DNA of 64,000 bases, taken from Candidatus Latescibacterota bacterium (GTDB taxonomy: Bacteria > Latescibacterota > CBDEFO01). The stretch spans positions 1,696,001 to 1,760,000 of the forward strand of contig OZ252149.1 in NCBI GenBank assembly GCA_965248755.1. The letters are read 5' to 3'. Positions 59,471-64,000 of this stretch are shown here, one piece after another (position 1 is the first letter of the stretch; every line of letters starts with the position of its first letter). The notes beneath the pieces are model-generated. The model had not been told where the DNA came from and made no database searches. It saw only the letters and a list, made by a program, of their open reading frames with translations. Position numbers and translations under genes: made by a program.

Positions 59471-59531
59471 GATTTTTGGTCGAAAGGTGGAAGCTTGAAC
59501 CTACATTAGGTTCCTGGAGATTCCTGGCAGC

Positions 59532-60503
59532 TTAACAGCACCCTCCACCTGGATAGTGATATGTAGAACCTGTCACATTAATCTCCTGTTTATCCAAGGT
59601 TTCAAACCACCTTGCCGTCTTGTCACATACCTGGAAGGGAATATCTCTCATCACTATGTGACCCTTGCCGTCGTCAAAGCACTCATCATCCCCTGTATAT
59701 ATCACGGTCCTCCCCGTAAATACACACGCTCCGTCTGGCGGTATGGGATCGTTGTACGCCGCCAACTCCACTGTCTCCAAGAGAATATCCTCGTCCAGAT
59801 CGTATCTGCGACTGTCCAACATTCTGTAAGGACGCCTCCCTCTTATCTCCAGCGTCCCGAATCCAGTCTGGACAATGCGCTCAATATACTCATCGAACAA
59901 CAGGGCACCCGAAAGACACATAGCCCTTAATCGCTCATCCATCTTAAGGTGATCAGGTATCGGCTTTTGCGACACAGGATCGGATATAATGAGCTTTCCG
60001 CCCATCTTCAAGGCGCGCCTTATCTCCACCAGAGCTGTCATCAGGTCGCTTTCGGTAAATATATTAAATAAACAGTTTTGCGCAGCTATGTCCACAGATC
60101 TGTCCGGTAGGGGCAGACTCAGAGCGTCCCCCTCCATCAGAGTCACAAACGATGGATCGAACCAATCGTTTTCGAGGGCGGCTATGTGGAGGTTCCGCTC
60201 CGCTACCTCCAACATCTCAGGCACACTGTCTACCGCTATGACCGATCCCGGACGCCTCGTAAAATACGCAAACTGTAGCGCTTCCATTCCTCCCCCGACA
60301 CCGACATAGAGAATATCCATATCAGAACTCAAGTCCTGAATATGCACAGTCGTCCCGCACCCGTAGTTCATCTCAATCATCTCTTTGGGAATAGAAAGCC
60401 CCGGAAGCTCATAGCCAGAGCCGGTCGAACAGCAAAGCCCCGGTTGTGGTTCTAACGCCGCATCTTTGTAGAGTTCCCTCGTCGTCTCCAAGTAACTCAT
60501 CAT
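59532..60503 (-). CDS. arsM: Arsenite methyltransferase, arsenosugar-biosynthesis type
   Basis: GLCC, MNYGCG, YVGVGGGME, AQNCLFN, CLSGAL, VCDKTA and terminal GGGCC. Confidence 0.85.
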   Translation of the reverse strand: MMSYLETTRELYKDAALEPQPGLCCSTGSGYELPGLSIPKEMIEMNYGCGTTVHIQDLSSDMDILYVGVGGGMEALQFAYFTRRPGSVIAVDSVPEMLEVAERNLHIAALENDWFDPSFVTLMEGDALSLPLPDRSVDIAAQNCLFNIFTESDLMTALVEIRRALKMGGKLIISDPVSQKPIPDHLKMDERLRAMCLSGALLFDEYIERIVQTGFGTLEIRGRRPYRMLDSRRYDLDEDILLETVELAAYNDPIPPDGACVFTGRTVIYTGDDECFDDGKGHIVMRDIPFQVCDKTARWFETLDKQEINVTGSTYHYPGGGCC

Positions 60504-60553
60504 ATGTCTCCTTTGGGTTTTCTTAACTTAAAAAACCTGCGTTAGACTACTAC

Positions 60554-60808
60554 TAACCCGATTAATTCATAAGCTTGGTGGAGTCATTGCGAGGAGCAAA
60601 GCGGTCCCCGATTGAGTCTACCGGGGAAGCAATCTCAAGGTTTTATAGTGGTCTCCTATGAGAGCCGGAGAGTATTACATCTACCACAGAATCGAGATTT
60701 CTTCGCCTTCGGCTCGCAATGACACCGAAGGCCTTAAACAGCATAACTATAATATAATACAATCCCTTAATTAATACACGTCCTTTTTGTGTGAATTATT
60801 TGGGCTAA
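60554..60808. mobile_element. MITE-like element, copy 2 (with extra 21-bp palindrome)
   Basis: Close copy of 28173-28408 with the same terminal IRs. Confidence 0.75.
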
Positions 60809-60819
60809 AATACATTCAT

Positions 60820-62445
60820 CCGACATTCCCCATATCACATTCATGAGGGATTATATTTCGATACATTCTTGTTTCTGAATTAATATTACCACTTTTACAT
60901 TTTTCAACAAGTACTTTTTTCAATTAAAATAGTATTTTCCTCTGAATTATCACTTTCTTTGTGTTTAAATCCTCCAATTAGAGACACCTCTCCATCGACT
61001 CACAAAAAAATGTGGCAGTTTAAACAGAATAACATCGCAATCGTTCAATCCGGGATAATATTTCGGCAAATAACCTCTTGTCTATCCCAACCTCAGCCAT
61101 TTGAAACGTAATATATCCGCTGTGTCTGACAATCTTCGCTCCGATTTTGATAAATTTCACGAGGAGGCTGCGTAGTGACCAGTGTTTGATTTTCTTCGGA
61201 AGAACAAAACGTCGCAGGAAGTTGCCCAAGTTGTAAGCCAGAACAAACAGCCAGAGCCTCACCTGATTGGAGACGAAACGCTTGCATGAGAGTCGGGTCC
61301 AGTTCAGAGCATACTTGCCCTCCTTAATCCACTGCTCAGCTCTGCCACGGCCATTGTAGAAGTGTACCACGCCTTCTGGCTTGGCGCTCATGTTGGTCAC
61401 GATAAATCCCACTCTTGGGAATAACTCCCCTTGGTGCCATTCAACCTTGGCGACCACTCGCCTCGATTGATCCCAACTGGCCGCTTTATATTGAAATTCA
61501 TATAACGATACAATCGGTTTCCTCGGCGGTCGTCCAACTGGCCGAGTCAGCAGGTATCGTATCTTTTCATAGAGTATCTCATTTGCGGGAAGCCGAATGG
61601 CATACAAATAGCCGTTTCCCTCCAGATAATCATAAATCTCAGGCTTTGCGAATGCAGCATCGCCTCGAAAGTATTTCCTATTCTTCTTGCTCTCGTATCT
61701 CTTGACGATCGGTTCCAGAACTTCCTTCCAACGATCAGCACTGTGAACATTACCAGAGCGAAGTAGGACTCCTTCACAATCCCCGAACTGATTGAAGCAG
61801 AACACTGGATGAAAACAGGTACATCCGAAATGACCGTTGTAAGCTGATCCTTCCTGCTGGCCATGTACCGGACTCTCCGAACTGTCCATGTCCAGAATGA
61901 TTCGTTGATGCTGTGTTTTACTCATCGCTTTTTGAACCCACTTGCCATTGATATCTGACAAGTTTCTGAGATTGTCATGCTGAGTCAGTATATCAGTTTC
62001 AAAACGTCCTATCGTGTTGGAGCTGGCAGCTTGCCTGCCTTTGTCCTTCTTTCCGGTAATCGCTCGCATGACGGGATCAACGGATAATCGCTCGGCGTCA
62101 TTTACATCTTCATATCCTGCAAGACGGCTGTATATCGATTGACGCAGGAGAGTAGATATATCATGTTGGATATTACGGCCTGTGCGTTTATCGGTAAAAA
62201 CCGCTGATACCGAATCAAATAATCCCAGTGCGTAATCAAGGTCACGATACGCAAGAAGTCCACCGTTTGATGTCACCTTTGCACCATGAAATTCAAGCTT
62301 TATTCCTCCATCAAAACCTACTTTCATTCTTTCACCCTCTGGATGATCAATATTTATCCGCCATTTATGAGTCTTATTTATTGTAATATAACATGTTCTG
62401 GCGACTTTGACAACCATTTTTCGGGTCTAATATGGCGAATGGGGG
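60820..62445 (-). mobile_element. IS1380-family insertion sequence, copy 2
   Basis: Near-identical to 1720-3345 (offset 59100). Confidence 0.93.
61020..62417 (-). CDS. IS1380-family transposase
   Basis: Identical to copy 1 except IRLPANE vs IRFPANE. Confidence 0.95.
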   Translation of the reverse strand: MVVKVARTCYITINKTHKWRINIDHPEGERMKVGFDGGIKLEFHGAKVTSNGGLLAYRDLDYALGLFDSVSAVFTDKRTGRNIQHDISTLLRQSIYSRLAGYEDVNDAERLSVDPVMRAITGKKDKGRQAASSNTIGRFETDILTQHDNLRNLSDINGKWVQKAMSKTQHQRIILDMDSSESPVHGQQEGSAYNGHFGCTCFHPVFCFNQFGDCEGVLLRSGNVHSADRWKEVLEPIVKRYESKKNRKYFRGDAAFAKPEIYDYLEGNGYLYAIRLPANEILYEKIRYLLTRPVGRPPRKPIVSLYEFQYKAASWDQSRRVVAKVEWHQGELFPRVGFIVTNMSAKPEGVVHFYNGRGRAEQWIKEGKYALNWTRLSCKRFVSNQVRLWLFVLAYNLGNFLRRFVLPKKIKHWSLRSLLVKFIKIGAKIVRHSGYITFQMAEVGIDKRLFAEILSRIERLRCYSV

Positions 62446-62531
62446 ATAATAATACGTAGATGTGATAAAGTTAAGTAAATATTGGGTCTTATCGTGTATA
62501 TAGTTGTTTAATAGTGCTTTCGGAGTAATGG

Positions 62532-63461
62532 TCAATCTGCATAAGTAGTGCTGAGATACCTTTCCCCCCTGTCCGGGAGGATGACCGCTACGACCTTTCC
62601 TGGGCCCATATCTTCTGCGACTTGCAAGGCCGCCCAAACCGCTCCACCCGCTGACGTTCCTGCTAATATCCCCTCTTCTCTGGCAAGTCTCCTTGCCATA
62701 AGGGAGGCGTCTTCGGTGGAGACCGTTATTATTTCGTCTATTGCGTCCCTGTTCAGGACAGCGGGGATAAATCCTGCGCCCCATCCTTCGATGCCAGTAA
62801 TGCCAGGAACTCCGCCCGACAGGACTGCAGATTCTTGAGGCTCAGCAGCCACTATCTTTACGTTCGGGAGCTCCTTTTTTAGGACTTCTCCCACACCTGT
62901 GACCGTGCCGCCGGTTCCGACGCCGGCGACAAAGGCATCGAGTTTTCCATCCATCTGGCTTAGAATCTCGAGGGCAGTGGTCCTCCTGTGAATCTCGGGA
63001 TTGGCAGGATTTTCGAACTGTTGAGGGATAAAATATTCCTCAGGGTTTCCAGACTGGAGTTCCACGGCTTTGTCTATTGCTCCCTGCATACCGTCCCAGG
63101 CTGGTGTCAAAATCAGCTCGGTTCCATAGGCCTTGAAGATGCTCCTCCTTTCGACCACGCTGGGAGTATCCGGCATTGTAACGATCATTCTGTAACCTTT
63201 GACGGCAGCAACCAGTGCCAGGCCGATCCCGGTGTTGCCGCTTGTCGGTTCGATGATCGTCATGCCGGGCTTCAAGCGTCCGTCCCGTTCTGCGGTTTCG
63301 ATCATAGAGAGGGCTATCCTGTCCTTAACGCTTCCGCCAGGGTTGAAGGATTCTAACTTGCCCCAGATTTCAGCACAATCTTGGTCGACTACTCTGTTGA
63401 GTCTAACAATCGGGGTGCTAAAGATCAACCCCAGCATATTCTCCACTTTAACAGTACTCAA
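62532..63461 (-). CDS. cysK: Cysteine synthase A
   Basis: [31 protein letters not shown] and DRGERYLST. Start likely the TTG at 63461. Confidence 0.93.
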   Translation of the reverse strand: MSTVKVENMLGLIFSTPIVRLNRVVDQDCAEIWGKLESFNPGGSVKDRIALSMIETAERDGRLKPGMTIIEPTSGNTGIGLALVAAVKGYRMIVTMPDTPSVVERRSIFKAYGTELILTPAWDGMQGAIDKAVELQSGNPEEYFIPQQFENPANPEIHRRTTALEILSQMDGKLDAFVAGVGTGGTVTGVGEVLKKELPNVKIVAAEPQESAVLSGGVPGITGIEGWGAGFIPAVLNRDAIDEIITVSTEDASLMARRLAREEGILAGTSAGGAVWAALQVAEDMGPGKVVAVILPDRGERYLSTTYAD

Positions 63462-63754
63462 GGATAATCTCCCATCATAAGAACAGTAGGCAGAAGTAAG
63501 GTCAAAGCCACTCACGTCGTAAGTTGTTATCACATCTTCACTCAGCTTGGGGAGCAGCAGAGCACGGAGTGCCCACGGCGCCTCTCCCAGGGACTGGTTA
63601 ACCCGCCCTCTACAGGAGAAGGATCACATTTTCGATTTTAGAAGATAGTTTACGTACCTTCCTCAACAGTTTAGAGACTTTGCCGCCTCTTTACCTCCGT
63701 CCGGTCTACCGTGTTTACCTAAGTTTCCCCTTTAGTCCCACTTGTCCAATTGTT

Positions 63755-64000
63755 TTAGATGTGAAATGTGAGGCTTTTGTCCCTTTGTCTCTTTCGTTCG
63801 CACAGATCACCAAAGTTGATGGAATACAGCATCTTGATAATAGCCTCTCTCAGGTCGTTCCAGACCTCCTGAAGGACGTAATTATCTCCATTTTGAGGAT
63901 CTAAGGGTACTTCTACAGGGTCTATGGGACCTTCCAGAAGCTCCACGATCTGCCCCACAGTAATCGTAGATGGTTCTTTGGCTATGGTATGTCCCCCCTT
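63755..64000 (-). CDS. Rrf2-family regulator (CymR-like), partial at the window edge
   Basis: GGHTIAKEPSTITVGQIVELLEGPI...VWNDLREAI...INFGDL; lies upstream of cysK. Confidence 0.85.
   Translation of the reverse strand, partial: KGGHTIAKEPSTITVGQIVELLEGPIDPVEVPLDPQNGDNYVLQEVWNDLREAIIKMLYSINFGDLCERKRQRDKSLTFHI

Noticed and set aside
59490..59515. CTTGAACC...GGTTC resembling part of 6S RNA
   Set aside because: It is only a short hairpin with no long flanking stem, and more likely relates to arsM termination.
60754..60758. Nearer ATAAT as target duplication for IS copy 2
   Set aside because: It lies inside the MITE, which is continuous with its twin at 28173-28408 on both sides.
63540..63630. 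GC-rich leader upstream of cysK as SAM or T-box riboswitch
   Set aside because: I could not find the conserved SAM-I or T-box motifs.

Overview
Chromosomal window from a diderm bacterium, probably anaerobic and probably FCB-affiliated (Latescibacterota/KSB1-like; inferred from YPNPFNP/FlgD-type C-terminal domains, a dockerin, a short RpoD and AOR enzymes). Housekeeping content: a complete minus-strand rRNA operon (16S, tRNA-Ile, tRNA-Ala, 23S, 5S), hom-thrC-lysC-asd, thrB, hemW, gltA, lepA-lepB, thiolase/hbd/crotonase, galU-selB, copA, cysK and a partial Rrf2 gene. The strongest signal is two near-identical IS1380-family elements that appear to have moved as ISEcp1-like one-ended transposition units. 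Unit 1 (1399-3345) carries a 321-bp passenger gene fragment, is flanked by ATAAT direct repeats and splits a CBM9-like gene that rejoins in frame. A putative unit 2 (56032-62445), also bounded by ATAAT, carries arsM and two PQQ dehydrogenase genes. Other signals: a solitary integron cassette (methyltransferase plus attC), a MITE pair, a 21-bp palindrome and REP-like modules that have entered protein-coding termini, an IVS-like expansion in 23S helix 45, a 16S C526A variant in the 515F primer site, and many pseudogene remnants. No CRISPR array was seen. All calls were made by eye; no database searches were run.
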